Source: Gallionella sp. (GTDB lineage Bacteria > Pseudomonadota > Gammaproteobacteria > Burkholderiales > Gallionellaceae). From it: 64,000 nucleotides of DNA. The position numbers were made by a program, and so were the translations under genes. Below are positions 54,367 to 64,000 of the stretch, in pieces. The notes under the pieces were generated by a model, which saw only the letters and a program-made list of their open reading frames with translations, was not told where the DNA came from and searched no databases. Each line of letters starts with the position of its first letter. Positions within the stretch are counted from its first letter, which is position 1. The stretch lies in assembly GCA_035720625.1 (NCBI GenBank), contig DASTNS010000029.1, positions 4,014-68,013 of the forward strand, given 5' to 3'.

Positions 54367-55137
54367 ATGATATTTGATGTCATCACGTTATTTCCGCAAA
54401 TGTTCGATGCGCTGACGCAATACGGCATCACGCGGCGCGCGGCAGAACAGGGAAGCTATGTATTAAAGACGTGGAATCCGCGTGATTTCACCACGGATAA
54501 TTACCGCACCATCGACGACCGCCCCTATGGCGGCGGCCCCGGGATGGTGATGCTGGCGGAGCCGCTGGCGGGCGCGATCAATGCGGCCAGACAGCGACAG
54601 GCAACAGGCGGGGTGAAGAAGAGCCGCGTGGTGTATCTGTCGCCGCAGGGCAGGTTGCTGACCCATGCGGTGGTCAAGGAACTGGTGGCGCAGCCGGAAG
54701 AAGGATTGATCCTGCTGGCAGGACGTTATGAAGGCGTGGACGAGCGTTTGATCCGCCGGTATGTGGATGCAGAGATTTCCATCGGCGACTATGTGTTGTC
54801 CGGTGGCGAGTTGGCGGCGATGGTGCTGATGGACAGTCTGGTGCGGCAACTGCCCGGTGTGTTGGGCGATGCCGAATCGGCCGAGCAGGACTCGTTCGTG
54901 CAGGGCCTGCTGGATTGCCCGCACTACACCCGCCCGGAAGTGTTTGATGGTGAAGCCGTGCCCCCGGTGCTGCTGTCCGGCAATCATGCGGAGATACAGC
55001 GTTGGCGGCTTCAGCAGTCGTTGGGCAGAACGTGGTTGCGCAGGCCGGATCTATTGGCTAGGCGTGATTTGACAAAAGAGGAGTCTGGTCTTCTGGCTCA
55101 GTTCCAGAAGGAACAAGACCCGATAACCAAGGAGTAG
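54367..55137 (+). CDS. trmD: tRNA (guanine-N1)-methyltransferase
   Basis: [20 protein letters not shown] and [11 protein letters not shown] motifs. Confidence 0.98.
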   Translation: MIFDVITLFPQMFDALTQYGITRRAAEQGSYVLKTWNPRDFTTDNYRTIDDRPYGGGPGMVMLAEPLAGAINAARQRQATGGVKKSRVVYLSPQGRLLTHAVVKELVAQPEEGLILLAGRYEGVDERLIRRYVDAEISIGDYVLSGGELAAMVLMDSLVRQLPGVLGDAESAEQDSFVQGLLDCPHYTRPEVFDGEAVPPVLLSGNHAEIQRWRLQQSLGRTWLRRPDLLARRDLTKEESGLLAQFQKEQDPITKE

Positions 55138-55141
55138 CAAA

Positions 55142-55501
55142 GTGAACTTGATCGAAACATTGGAAAAAGAAGAAATTGCCCGTCTGGGCAAAACCGTCCC
55201 GGATTTCGCGCCCGGCGATACCGTCGTGGTCAGCGTGAACGTGGTCGAAGGCGAACGCAAGCGCGTTCAGGCTTTCGAAGGTATCGTGGTCGCCAAGCGC
55301 AACCGCGGCCTGAATTCCGCCTTTATCGTGCGCAAGATATCCGCCGGCGAAGGCGTGGAACGCACCTTCCAGACTTACTCGCCCTCCATCGCCAGCATCG
55401 AAGTGAAGCGTCGCGGTGCGGTGCGCCGCGCCAAGCTCTACTTCCTGCGCGACCGCTCCGGCAAGTCGGCACGCATCAAGGAAAAACTCGCTGCAAGGTG
55501 A
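55142..55501 (+). CDS. rplS: 50S ribosomal protein L19
   Basis: FAPGDTV, R.QAFEG, VRKIS.GEGVER and VRRAKLY motifs. Confidence 0.98.
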   Translation: MNLIETLEKEEIARLGKTVPDFAPGDTVVVSVNVVEGERKRVQAFEGIVVAKRNRGLNSAFIVRKISAGEGVERTFQTYSPSIASIEVKRRGAVRRAKLYFLRDRSGKSARIKEKLAAR

Positions 55502-55598
55502 GTTTTCAGAGAAGGCTAATGCCTGCGCCAGCAGGCGTTATTCCGGAACTAAAAACTGGTGGTGCGCGACTGATTGCCCGCAGGTTTTTCGGCATGAC

Positions 55599-55631
55599 AA
55601 AAACGGGAGCTTCTGCTCCCGTTTTTTATTT
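55599..55631 (+). terminator. Intrinsic terminator after rplS
   Basis: AAAAACGGGAGC-ttct-GCTCCCGTTTTTTATTT. Confidence 0.8.
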
Positions 55632-55649
55632 GTGCGCTATCATCGCGGC

Positions 55650-56195
55650 ATGAACTATCAGGCGAAACTAAAAGTGCCGTTCGGCGTGCTCGGCATACGC
55701 TGCACCGGCGATGCACTGACCGGTATCGACTTCCTGCCGGCAGGCGAGAAGCCGCAGACCGCGGCTACTTCATTCACCAAGACCGTGTGCGAACAGTTGC
55801 TGCGCTATCTGGAAAATCCGGACGCGCAATTTTCCGTGCCGCTCGAATTGAACGGCACTCCGCACCAGCAAAAAGTCTGGCAGGCCATGCTGGCCATCCC
55901 GCGCGGACAGACGCGCAGCTACGGCGAGCTGGCCTCCGAGCTGAAATCCTGCGCGCAGGCCGTCGGCCAAGCCTGCGGTGCAAACCCGATCCCCGTCATC
56001 GTTCCCTGCCATCGCGTGGTGGGCAAGGCCGGCCTGGGCGGCTTTGCCCGTCACACGAGCGGCGCTCATCTGGACATCAAGCACTGGTTGCTGGCGCACG
56101 AACACGCCATCCCCTCTCCCCTTGCGCACCCGCAAGGAGTAGGCCGTGGTTGTAAAGCCGATAAATCGGCAACAACCACGCACGGAGAGGGGTAG
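55650..56195 (+). CDS. ogt: Methylated-DNA-protein-cysteine methyltransferase with a repeat-derived C-terminal tail
   Basis: IPRGQTRSYG, AVGQAC..NP and PCHRVV motifs. Confidence 0.92.
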   Translation: MNYQAKLKVPFGVLGIRCTGDALTGIDFLPAGEKPQTAATSFTKTVCEQLLRYLENPDAQFSVPLELNGTPHQQKVWQAMLAIPRGQTRSYGELASELKSCAQAVGQACGANPIPVIVPCHRVVGKAGLGGFARHTSGAHLDIKHWLLAHEHAIPSPLAHPQGVGRGCKADKSATTTHGEG

Positions 56196-56206
56196 GGGAG
56201 AGGGGG
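56110..56206. repeat. Family A-like repeat interrupted by a different hairpin (56145-56180)
   Basis: CCCCTCTCCCC...[CGTGGTTGTAAAGCCGATAAATCGGCAACAACCACG]...GGAGAGGGGTAGGGGAGAGGGGG. Confidence 0.75.
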
Positions 56207-57102
56207 TGGACAACACCGATCTCCTCGATGAGTTCTGCGACAATCTGTGGCTGGAAGACGGCCTGTCGCGCAACACGCTGGACAGCTACCGGCGCGACTT
56301 GGCCAAATTCGCCGCGTGGCTGGAAAAGCAGCACAACGCATCCATCCTGCAAACCACACACGCCGATATACAGGGTTATCTCGCCCATCTGGTTACCGCG
56401 CAAAAAGCCAAGCCGAGCAGCACCGGGCGCAACATCTCCAGCCTCAAGCGGCTGTTCCGCTACCTGCTCAGGCAAGGCAAGATCGCCACCGATCCCACGC
56501 TGCAAATCGACACGCCCAAGCTGCCGCGCAATCTGCCCAAAAGCCTCACCGAACAGGATGTCGAACAACTACTCAACGCGCCGGATACCCAGACACCATT
56601 GGGCATGCGCGACCGCACCATGTTCGAAGTGCTGTACGCCACCGGCCTGCGCGTGTCGGAGTTGGTGACATTGCGCACCACGCAGGTGAGTATGGATATG
56701 GGTGTGGTGCGCGTGATGGGCAAGGGCAGCAAGGAACGGCTGGTGCCGCTCGGCGAAGAAGCGCTGGACTGGCTGCGCCGCTATCTGGCGGATGGACGGG
56801 GTGTGTTGTTAGGAAAACAGGTCAGCGACGCGCTGTTCGTCACCGCACGCGGCGAAGGCATGACGCGGCAGATGTTCTGGTACCTGATCAAGAAGCACGC
56901 CAAGCACGGCGGGCTGAACAAGCCACTGTCGCCGCACACGCTGCGCCACGCCTTCGCCACACATCTGCTGAACCACGGCGCAGACTTGCGCGTAGTGCAG
57001 ATGTTATTGGGTCATGCGGATATTTCCACGACGCAGATTTACACGCATGTGGCGAGGGAGCGGTTGAAGCAGTTGCATGCGCAGCATCATCCGAGGGGGT
57101 AG
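56206..57102 (+). CDS. xerD: Tyrosine recombinase XerD
   Basis: LWLEDGLSRNTL.SYRRDL, LYATGLRVSEL, GKGSKERLVP, SPHTLRHAFATHL, LGH.DISTTQIYTHV and HHPRG; GTG start assumed. Confidence 0.95.
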   Translation: MDNTDLLDEFCDNLWLEDGLSRNTLDSYRRDLAKFAAWLEKQHNASILQTTHADIQGYLAHLVTAQKAKPSSTGRNISSLKRLFRYLLRQGKIATDPTLQIDTPKLPRNLPKSLTEQDVEQLLNAPDTQTPLGMRDRTMFEVLYATGLRVSELVTLRTTQVSMDMGVVRVMGKGSKERLVPLGEEALDWLRRYLADGRGVLLGKQVSDALFVTARGEGMTRQMFWYLIKKHAKHGGLNKPLSPHTLRHAFATHLLNHGADLRVVQMLLGHADISTTQIYTHVARERLKQLHAQHHPRG

Positions 57103-57107
57103 CAACA

Positions 57108-57294
57108 CTCCCTATCCCCTTGTGGGAGAGGGTTGGGGAGAGGGAGTAAGCCAACACCGCTGGCCTACCCCCGGCGGTGTTGATCTTGGTTTTGCATTTG
57201 ATGTTGGGTAGCTTTGCATAGCCATCTGACTAGGCTGTCAAAATACGCCAGCCAAGTCATTGGTTAACGCGAAAAAGCCGCTAACCCAACCTAC
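57108..57294. repeat. Family A unit (57108-57146), then a GTAG REP (57202-57294) interrupted by a family B core (57219-57266)
   Basis: Read directly from the sequence. Confidence 0.8.
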
Positions 57295-57307
57295 GTGCTA
57301 CTCCCAG

Positions 57308-57664
57308 CTACTTAACCTGCCCCCGCTCAATACTGATCCCCACCATCTTGCAGTTGCGTATCGCCTGCAGTTTGGCGACGCTGACCTTGACCCACGGGGC
57401 GTTGAAGTCCTTGAGGATGATTTGCGCGATGTGTTCGGCCAGTGATTCCAGCAGCGAGAAATGTCCGTCGCTCAGAACGGTCTGGAGGTGCTGCGCGACT
57501 TCCGCGTAATCCAGCGCATCCTTGATGTCGTCGGTCTGGCAGGCGCGGTTGTCGGGCAGCGCGATGTCGAGGTCGAGTTGCAGGATCTGCGGTACGCGCT
57601 TTTCCCATTCGTAGATGCCGATCAACGTGGTGACCTTGAGTTCGCGCAGGAAGATGATGTCCAT
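57308..57664 (-). CDS. folB: Dihydroneopterin aldolase
   Basis: IGIYEWEK, D.I..ALDY, LLESLAE and VGISIER motifs. Confidence 0.95.
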   Translation of the reverse strand: MDIIFLRELKVTTLIGIYEWEKRVPQILQLDLDIALPDNRACQTDDIKDALDYAEVAQHLQTVLSDGHFSLLESLAEHIAQIILKDFNAPWVKVSVAKLQAIRNCKMVGISIERGQVK

Positions 57665-57735
57665 GATTTTGCTAATTGGTGGCTAAGTGACGTTTCGCGT
57701 AAAATCCGCGCCTATTTGATTCTAAGGCATTCCTG

Positions 57736-58341
57736 ATGTTGACCATAGTTTTTGTGATTGCCGCCTACCTGTTGGGCTCTATTTCGTTTGCGGTATTGAT
57801 GAGCAAGGCGTTCGGCCTGCCCGATCCGCGCAGCTACGGTTCCGGCAATCCGGGCGCGACCAATGTGCTGCGCAGCGGCAAAAAGGCTGCTGCGGTGCTG
57901 ACGCTGCTGGGCGATGCGGCCAAGGGCTGGGTGGCGGTGTTTGCGGCGATCCAGTTCGCGCCGCAAGATGGGAATTACCAGGTGACGGTCGCGCTCGTGG
58001 CGCTTGCGGTGTTCCTCGGACACGTGTTTCCGGTGTTTCTGCGCTTCCAGGGCGGCAAGGGGGTGGCGACGGCGCTGGGCGTGCTGCTGGCACTGAATGT
58101 CTGGCTGGGGTTGGGCGCGCTGGCGACCTGGCTGTTGATGGCAGTGCTGTTCCGCTTCTCGTCGCTGGCCGCGTTGACCGCTGCCGCCGGCGTACCGATC
58201 TACGCGCTGGTGCTTGGCCTGCCGCGTGAGTGGGCGCTGGCAACCGGCATCTTGTTGGCGCTGCTGGTCTGGCGGCACAAGAAAAACATCCGCAACCTGC
58301 TGGCGGGAAAAGAGCCGCGGATCGGCAAACGTGATGCCTGA
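57736..58341 (+). CDS. plsY: Glycerol-3-phosphate acyltransferase
   Basis: [28 protein letters not shown] and RH..NI motifs. Confidence 0.96.
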   Translation: MLTIVFVIAAYLLGSISFAVLMSKAFGLPDPRSYGSGNPGATNVLRSGKKAAAVLTLLGDAAKGWVAVFAAIQFAPQDGNYQVTVALVALAVFLGHVFPVFLRFQGGKGVATALGVLLALNVWLGLGALATWLLMAVLFRFSSLAALTAAAGVPIYALVLGLPREWALATGILLALLVWRHKKNIRNLLAGKEPRIGKRDA

Positions 58342-59232
58342 TTATTGCTGAGGATAAATCAGCGCCAGCCGGTATCCTGATGGTCTGAGGTCGGTGGTGT
58401 TGAGGTACAGTTTGACGCTGAGTTCGTGATTGGGCAGCAGGCCGGTTTGTTCGTTTTCCAGTGGCGGCAGATAATCCTTAGGCTTGAAGATGCGGCGCGC
58501 CAGCGGCTTGTCCTGGGTATCGTTGAGTGTGAGTTCCAGATTGGGGAAGGCCTGCGGGTATGACGCGCGGTTGCGCAGCAGGGCGTTCAGGGTGATCTGG
58601 TTTTCATGCGCGGGGTCGGCTTCGAGGTCGGAGGATTCGATGCTCATCAGGTTGGTTCTTTGCGGCAGCGGCACGCTGCATCCCAGTAGCTTGCAGTAGC
58701 CGGTCAATGCAGGTTTCAGGCCGGGCAGGCGCGCGGCGAGGTCAACGCGGAAGAAGTAGGCCGCTTGCACGAACAGCGCCAGCAGCAACAGAAACGCGGC
58801 AACCGCCCAAGGCCATCTGCGGTATTCGGGCGGGGATGGATGGTTGCCTTCATCTTCGTCCGGCACGATGGCGACTTGCTCGGCCAGCGTCAGCGCATCG
58901 GGTTTAGCGGCGGCGGCAGGCAGGCTGAAATCCAGCAGGCCGTCGTGCGGGATCTCAGGTGGTTCGGTTTCTTCTGCCGCCGCCTCGTCTGTGGGCGGAA
59001 TTACTTCGGCCAACCCGGTAGATACAGCTTCCTCAACGGCTGGCGCGGCCGGCTCATCCAGTATCGGCAATTTAAGTTGCGGGTTGGGCTGGTCCGGGAT
59101 GAAACCGGGGTGCGCATTGAAGGCCTGCAGGCAGTGCCCGCAGCGCACCATGCCGTGATGCGCTTCCAGTTGCGTCCCGGCAATCTTGAAGCGCGTGTTG
59201 CAGTGCGGGCAGAGTGTCGTTCCGCTCGTCAT
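58342..59232 (-). CDS. Zinc-ribbon/DUF3426 membrane protein
   Basis: CPHC.TRF...VRCGHC, one TM, C...GC and C-terminal GYRL.L.YP; follows prmA with a TAATG overlap. Confidence 0.85.
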   Translation of the reverse strand: MTSGTTLCPHCNTRFKIAGTQLEAHHGMVRCGHCLQAFNAHPGFIPDQPNPQLKLPILDEPAAPAVEEAVSTGLAEVIPPTDEAAAEETEPPEIPHDGLLDFSLPAAAAKPDALTLAEQVAIVPDEDEGNHPSPPEYRRWPWAVAAFLLLLALFVQAAYFFRVDLAARLPGLKPALTGYCKLLGCSVPLPQRTNLMSIESSDLEADPAHENQITLNALLRNRASYPQAFPNLELTLNDTQDKPLARRIFKPKDYLPPLENEQTGLLPNHELSVKLYLNTTDLRPSGYRLALIYPQQ

Positions 59233-60125
59233 TAGCGTTTCCGTCCCGACAGGCATGACCAGCCCTCCTCGAAAATCGGGGCGTTCAGGTCGAACCATTG
59301 CCGGTAGATATTCATCACGTCTTGCGCCTGTTCCTCAAGGATGCCGGACAGCACGATTTGCCCGCCTTGCCGCGTCGCATTCGCCAGCAACGGGGCGAGC
59401 ATGCGCAGCGGGTTGGTCAAAATATTCGCCACCACCAGATCATAACTGCCTTGCGATGCATTGTCGGGCTGGCAAAACTGCGCGTTGTCGACATGGTTCG
59501 CAATGGCATTGTCGCGGCTGGCGGTCACCGCCTGCGAGTCTACATCAACACCGACGGCGCGTGCAGCCCCCAGCTTGAGCGCGGCGATGGCGAGAATGCC
59601 GGAACCGCAGCCATAATCCAGCACACTTTCGCCGCCCTTGAGGTTGTCGTCCAGCCAGCGCAGGCACAGCCGCGTAGTGGGGTGGCTGCCGGTGCCGAAC
59701 GCCAGGCCGGGGTCGAGCACGATGTTGACCGCGTTGGGGTCGATGGGGGTATGCCAGGTCGGCACGATCCACAGCCGCGCCGAGATCCGGATCGGATCGA
59801 ACTGCGATTGGGTGAGGCGCACCCAGTCGTGGTCGGCCAAGGTCTCAATGCGGTGTTCGGGGAGTTGTTCGAGGCCGATGCGGCTGGCGGCTTCGCGCAG
59901 GATAGCCGGGACATCGCGATCGTCGTCGAACAAGGCGCTGACGCGGTTGTGCTGCCACACGCCGGGCGGCGGTTCGCCGGGTTCGCCGAAGATCGCCTGC
60001 TCGTCGGGCGTGCCGGCATCGGCATCCAGCAGATCCACCGACAGCGCGCCGAATTCCAGCAGCGCTTCGCTCAGGGCTTCGGCGTGTTGCGCGTCGGTGT
60101 CAACGGTGAGAGTCAGCCACGGCAT
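59232..60125 (-). CDS. prmA: Ribosomal protein L11 methyltransferase
   Basis: LDPGLAFGTGSHPTT, LDYGCGSGIL and VANIL motifs. Confidence 0.97.
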   Translation of the reverse strand: MPWLTLTVDTDAQHAEALSEALLEFGALSVDLLDADAGTPDEQAIFGEPGEPPPGVWQHNRVSALFDDDRDVPAILREAASRIGLEQLPEHRIETLADHDWVRLTQSQFDPIRISARLWIVPTWHTPIDPNAVNIVLDPGLAFGTGSHPTTRLCLRWLDDNLKGGESVLDYGCGSGILAIAALKLGAARAVGVDVDSQAVTASRDNAIANHVDNAQFCQPDNASQGSYDLVVANILTNPLRMLAPLLANATRQGGQIVLSGILEEQAQDVMNIYRQWFDLNAPIFEEGWSCLSGRKR

Positions 60126-60160
60126 TTATTCCAATTCCATTTCAAAGGTCAAATAACTCG

Positions 60161-60188
60161 GTAGGGGCGCGATAAATCACGCCCCTAC
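60161..60188. repeat. Single collapsed GTAG REP palindrome
   Basis: GTAGGGGCGCGATAAATCACGCCCCTAC. Confidence 0.8.
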
Positions 60189-60216
60189 AATATTCACTAT
60201 CGACTGAAAAATGGAA

Positions 60217-61572
60217 TTACTTGTCCTTGGCGCGTTCGGCCAGCCGCTCTTCCAGATAGTGAATGCTGGTGGCGCCGCGCATGAAGGCGGCGTCTTGCAA
60301 CAGCTCGCGATGCAGCGCGATATTGGTGTCGATGCCTTCCACCCACATCTCGGACAAGGCGGTGCGCATCCTTGCCATGGCCTGATCGCGCGTGTCGCCG
60401 TAGGCGATGATCTTGCCGATCATCGAATCGTAATGCGGCGGCACGAAGTAGTTGTTGTAGACATGCGAGTCCACGCGGATGCCGGGGCCGCCCGGGGCAT
60501 GATACGAGGTGATGCGCCCAGGTGAAGGGGTGAATTTATAAGGATGTTCGGCATTGATGCGGCATTCGATCGCATGCCCCCTGAACTGGATGTCGCGCTG
60601 CCTGAACGGCAGCTTTTCCCCGGCGGCGATGTGGATTTGCTGCTGCACGATGTCGATGCCGGTAATCATCTCGGTGACAGGATGCTCCACCTGCACACGG
60701 GTATTCATTTCGATGAAGAAAAATTCGCCGTCTTCGTACAGAAATTCGAACGTCCCCGCGCCGCGGTAGCCGATTTTGCGGCAGGCCTCCGCGCAGCGTT
60801 CGCCGATCTTGTTGCGCAGGCGCAGATTGAGCGACGGGGCGGGCGCTTCCTCGATGATCTTCTGGTGGCGGCGCTGCATCGAACAGTCGCGCTCGCCCAG
60901 ATAAACCGCATTGCCGTGCTGGTCGGCCAGCACCTGGAATTCGATGTGGCGCGGGTTCTCCAGAAATTTTTCCATGTACACCATGGGATTGTTGAAAGCG
61001 GCTTGCGCCTCGGTCTTGGTCATGGTCACCGCATTCAGTAGCGCCGCTTCGGTATGCACCACACGCATGCCGCGTCCGCCGCCGCCGCCGGATGCCTTGA
61101 TGATGACCGGGTAGCCGATGCTGCGCGCGATCTTGATGATCTCGGCGGGGTTGTCGGGCAACGCGCCGTCCACGCCTGGCACGCATGGCACCCCGGCTTT
61201 CTTCATCGCGTTCTTGGCGCTCACTTTGTCGCCCATCAGGCGGATAGTTTCGGCGCGCGGGCCGATGAACACGAAGCCACATTTTTCGACACGCTCGGAA
61301 AAGTCGGCGTTTTCCGACAGGAAACCGTAGCCGGGATGGATAGCCTGCGCATCGGTGACTTCCGCAGCGCTGATGATGGCGGGGATGTTCAGGTAGCTTT
61401 GCGAGGAAGGCGCCGGGCCAATGCACACCGATTCGTCGGCCAGCTTCACGTACTTGGCGTCGGCGTCCGCCTCGGAATGCACCACGACGGTTTTAATGCC
61501 CAGTTCGCGGCAGGCGCGCTGGATGCGCAACGCTATTTCACCACGATTCGCGATCAATATCTTTTCAAACAT
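60217..61572 (-). CDS. accC: Biotin carboxylase
   Basis: [36 protein letters not shown] and [10 protein letters not shown] motifs. Confidence 0.98.
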   Translation of the reverse strand: MFEKILIANRGEIALRIQRACRELGIKTVVVHSEADADAKYVKLADESVCIGPAPSSQSYLNIPAIISAAEVTDAQAIHPGYGFLSENADFSERVEKCGFVFIGPRAETIRLMGDKVSAKNAMKKAGVPCVPGVDGALPDNPAEIIKIARSIGYPVIIKASGGGGGRGMRVVHTEAALLNAVTMTKTEAQAAFNNPMVYMEKFLENPRHIEFQVLADQHGNAVYLGERDCSMQRRHQKIIEEAPAPSLNLRLRNKIGERCAEACRKIGYRGAGTFEFLYEDGEFFFIEMNTRVQVEHPVTEMITGIDIVQQQIHIAAGEKLPFRQRDIQFRGHAIECRINAEHPYKFTPSPGRITSYHAPGGPGIRVDSHVYNNYFVPPHYDSMIGKIIAYGDTRDQAMARMRTALSEMWVEGIDTNIALHRELLQDAAFMRGATSIHYLEERLAERAKDK

Positions 61573-61576
61573 GTTG

Positions 61577-61719
61577 GGATACCTCTATAAATCCGTTTTG
61601 TAGGCGAATCGCGGCGTTGCGTGCCCGCTCACTCCTCGTCTATCTATTCGATATGCCTCGTTGTTCGCTGTGCGGCTCCTTGCGCTTCCTCCCACAAAAG
61701 CGAACTTCTAGAGGCATCC
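61577..61719. mobile_element. MITE-like element, copy 2 (between accB and accC)
   Basis: Homologous along its length to 3496-3639; terminal IR GGATACCTCTATAA / TTCTAGAGGCATCC. Confidence 0.8.
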
Positions 61720-61754
61720 GATCAAATTCGGGTAGCGATTGAGATTAAGTATTG

Positions 61755-62207
61755 CTAGCCGATGACGAACAAAGGCTGGCCGAACTCTACCGGCTGGCCA
61801 TTCTCGACCAGAATGGCCTTGATGACCCCGGCCTGGTCCGCGTCGATTTCGTTGAGCAGTTTCATCGCCTCGATGATGCACAGGGTATCGCCGCTGTTCA
61901 CGCTTTGGCCGACGTCCACGAAGGGCTTGGAACCCGGTGAGGCGGAGCGGTAGAAGGTGCCGACCATCGGCGATTTCACCACATGGCCATCGGGTGCGGC
62001 GGGTTTGGCGGGTTCCGCTGCCGGAGCGGCGGGTTGCGGTGCGGCAGGTGCGGCAACGGGTTGCGGAGCCGGTGTATATACTTGTTGCGGCGCGGCGACG
62101 ACGGTGCGTGTGATGCGCACGCGTTCTTCGCCTTCGCTGATTTCCAGTTCGGCAATGCCGGAACCTTCCACCAGCTCAATCAGTGTCTTGAGCTTGCGTA
62201 AATCCAT
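61755..62207 (-). CDS. accB: Biotin carboxyl carrier protein
   Basis: [15 protein letters not shown] and EAMKL motifs. Confidence 0.98.
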   Translation of the reverse strand: MDLRKLKTLIELVEGSGIAELEISEGEERVRITRTVVAAPQQVYTPAPQPVAAPAAPQPAAPAAEPAKPAAPDGHVVKSPMVGTFYRSASPGSKPFVDVGQSVNSGDTLCIIEAMKLLNEIDADQAGVIKAILVENGQPVEFGQPLFVIG

Positions 62208-62225
62208 GATGCCCTCCTTGAAACT

Positions 62226-62663
62226 CTATTTTTTGTTATTTAACGCATACTGCACTGCAAATTCATAACCTGCCGCGCCCAAGCCGCTGATTACACCAAT
62301 GGCGAGATCGGAGAAAAATGATTCTTTGCGGAACGATTCCCGCGCGAACACATTGGAAAGATGTACTTCGATGAATGGAATGCCCACCGCCGCCAGCGCG
62401 TCGCGCAAGGCCACGCTGGTATGGGTGAATGCCGCCGGGTTGATGACGATGAACTGTGTGCCGTCGGCACTCGCCTGCTGTACACGCTCCACCAGCGCAG
62501 CTTCGGAATTGCTCTGGAAACAAAACAGGTTAGCACCCTTCGTGCCGGCTAATGTCATTAAACGTGTATTAATTTCGTCTAACGTGACATGTCCATACAC
62601 TTCCGGCTCACGGCTGCCGAGCAGGTTCAGGTTGGGTCCATGCAACACAAGAATATTTTTCAT
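62226..62663 (-). CDS. aroQ: Type II 3-dehydroquinate dehydratase
   Basis: [24 protein letters not shown] and EVHLSN motifs. Confidence 0.97.
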   Translation of the reverse strand: MKNILVLHGPNLNLLGSREPEVYGHVTLDEINTRLMTLAGTKGANLFCFQSNSEAALVERVQQASADGTQFIVINPAAFTHTSVALRDALAAVGIPFIEVHLSNVFARESFRKESFFSDLAIGVISGLGAAGYEFAVQYALNNKK

Positions 62664-62727
62664 GCGCGCAGTTTGCCGTAAATTGGGACTAATTGTCTAG
62701 TATTTTGACGAAGATAAACAAAAAAGC

Positions 62728-64000
62728 TTAAATTCCAGCAACTTGCAGCGATTGTAGGAACCGTGCGGCATCCTGATATCCCGTCACACGAAAACCATTC
62801 AATTCACTGCCTTGCGCGTCGAAAAACAGGATGGCGGGCGGGCCGTACAGGCCATAGCGTTTGAGCATGGCCTGGTCGGCTTCGCTGTTGGCGGTGACGT
62901 CCGCCTGCAGCAGCAATACCGGTTTAAGCCTGGCCTGCACGGTGGCATCGGCAAAGGTGAAGCGCTCCATTTCCTTGCAGGAGACGCACCAGTCGGCGTA
63001 GAAATCCAGCATTACCGCCTGCCCGCGTGCTTGGGCGATGCGCCGGTCGATCTCTGCAATATCTTTGACGCGGGAAAACTGTAAGGTGGCAGCAGGTTCT
63101 GCCTGGCAGGTTTTGCAAACCGCATCCAGCGGGCGCAGCAGGTCGCGTGCGCCGGACAATGCGCCGATCAGATAAGCTACGCCGAGCAGCATGGCGATCA
63201 GGCCGACGCCCTTGAACAACCTGTACCAGCCGCTGGCATTATGCGGCAGGGTGTCCAGTGCGCGCAGGTAAATCCCGGAGAAGACCAGCAGCGCCGCCCA
63301 CAGCAGCATTTGCACGCTGACGGGCAGCAGCGGCTGGACGATCCAGATCGCCAGGGCCAGTAGCATCACGCCAAAGAATTGCTTTACCGATTCCATCCAC
63401 GCGCCGGCCTTGGGCAGCAATACGCCTGCCGAGGTGCCGATCAGCAGCAGCGGCGCACCCATGCCGAGTGCCAGTGCGAACAGGGCGACCCCACCCAGCA
63501 CGGCATCGTGCGTCTGGCCGATATAGAGCAGCGCGCCGGCCAGCGGCGCGGCCACGCACGGCCCCATGATGACGGCGGATAACGCACCCATTGCGAACAC
63601 GCCGGACAGGTGTCCGCCGTGCAGGTGGTTGCTGGTATCGACCAGCTTGCTTTGCCAGGAACTGGGCAGTTGTAGTTCATATAAGCCGAACATGGACAGC
63701 GACAGCAGCACGAATAGTGCGGAGAAACTGCCGAGTACCCAAGGCGTTTGCAGCGCGTTGGAAATCAGGCTGCCGGAGAATCCCGCTGCCACACCGGCGG
63801 CGGCGTAAGTGATCGCCATGCCCAGCACATAAGCCAGCGACAGGATGAAGGCGTGCATCCTGGTGATCTTGTGGCCGCGCCCGACGATGATGCCGGACAG
63901 GATAGGAATCATCGGGAACACGCAGGGGGTCAGGGCGAGCAGCAGCCCTGCGCCGAAGAAAAAGGAAACAATCAGCCAGAAGCTACCGTCCTTGAAGAGT
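62728..64000 (-). CDS. dsbD: Thiol:disulfide interchange protein DsbD, 3' part; runs off the window end
   Basis: LTPCVFPMIPI and GPCVAAPL TM cysteines; DFYADWCVSCK thioredoxin domain. Confidence 0.95.
   Translation of the reverse strand, partial: LFKDGSFWLIVSFFFGAGLLLALTPCVFPMIPILSGIIVGRGHKITRMHAFILSLAYVLGMAITYAAAGVAAGFSGSLISNALQTPWVLGSFSALFVLLSLSMFGLYELQLPSSWQSKLVDTSNHLHGGHLSGVFAMGALSAVIMGPCVAAPLAGALLYIGQTHDAVLGGVALFALALGMGAPLLLIGTSAGVLLPKAGAWMESVKQFFGVMLLALAIWIVQPLLPVSVQMLLWAALLVFSGIYLRALDTLPHNASGWYRLFKGVGLIAMLLGVAYLIGALSGARDLLRPLDAVCKTCQAEPAATLQFSRVKDIAEIDRRIAQARGQAVMLDFYADWCVSCKEMERFTFADATVQARLKPVLLLQADVTANSEADQAMLKRYGLYGPPAILFFDAQGSELNGFRVTGYQDAARFLQSLQVAGI

Noticed and set aside
56206..57102. 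Tyrosine recombinase as an integron or phage integrase driving the cassette-like region
   Set aside because: Typical chromosomal XerD sequence (LWLEDGLS..., HHPRG end) in a housekeeping context; no IntI-specific insertion and no attC-like sites recognised.

Overview
High-GC betaproteobacterial chromosomal segment; gene content and order suggest a Gallionellaceae-like organism (inference only). Housekeeping blocks are slt-grxD-argH-algZR-mltC-ppc-hemCDXY on the left and trpDG..trpE-gph-rpe-tRNA-Ala-cbbY-ffh, ccsA-rpsP-rimM-trmD-rplS-ogt-xerD and folB/plsY/prmA/accCB/aroQ/dsbD on the right. Between them is a ~22-kb minus-strand Wsp/ACF-type chemosensory and c-di-GMP cluster: CheW, GGDEF-EAL, two MCPs, hybrid CheA, a DGC, CheB, two HD-GYP proteins and CheR-TPR. 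The most striking feature is a dense population of small palindromic elements. Roughly 40 copies (counted by eye) of a BoxC-like 'CCCCCAYCCCARCCYTCCCCCG..CGGGGGARGG' element fill most junctions of the cluster and are translated in-frame inside CheA, CheR, CheW and other proteins. They are centred on, and fused to, a lone DUF559 endonuclease gene, which suggests a nuclease/repeat mobility system analogous to RAYT/REP. A separate 60-bp hairpin element is found only inside other repeats. Other elements include GTAG REPs, 7-mer and 10-mer hairpin repeats, a 144-bp MITE pair and in-frame palindromic inserts in PEPC and an FAD oxidoreductase. Small features missing from the ORF track are a WRWR trpE leader peptide, a sigma54-type 26-aa basic microprotein gene and an anti-SD sRNA candidate. 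All calls come from reading the sequence; no database searches were run.
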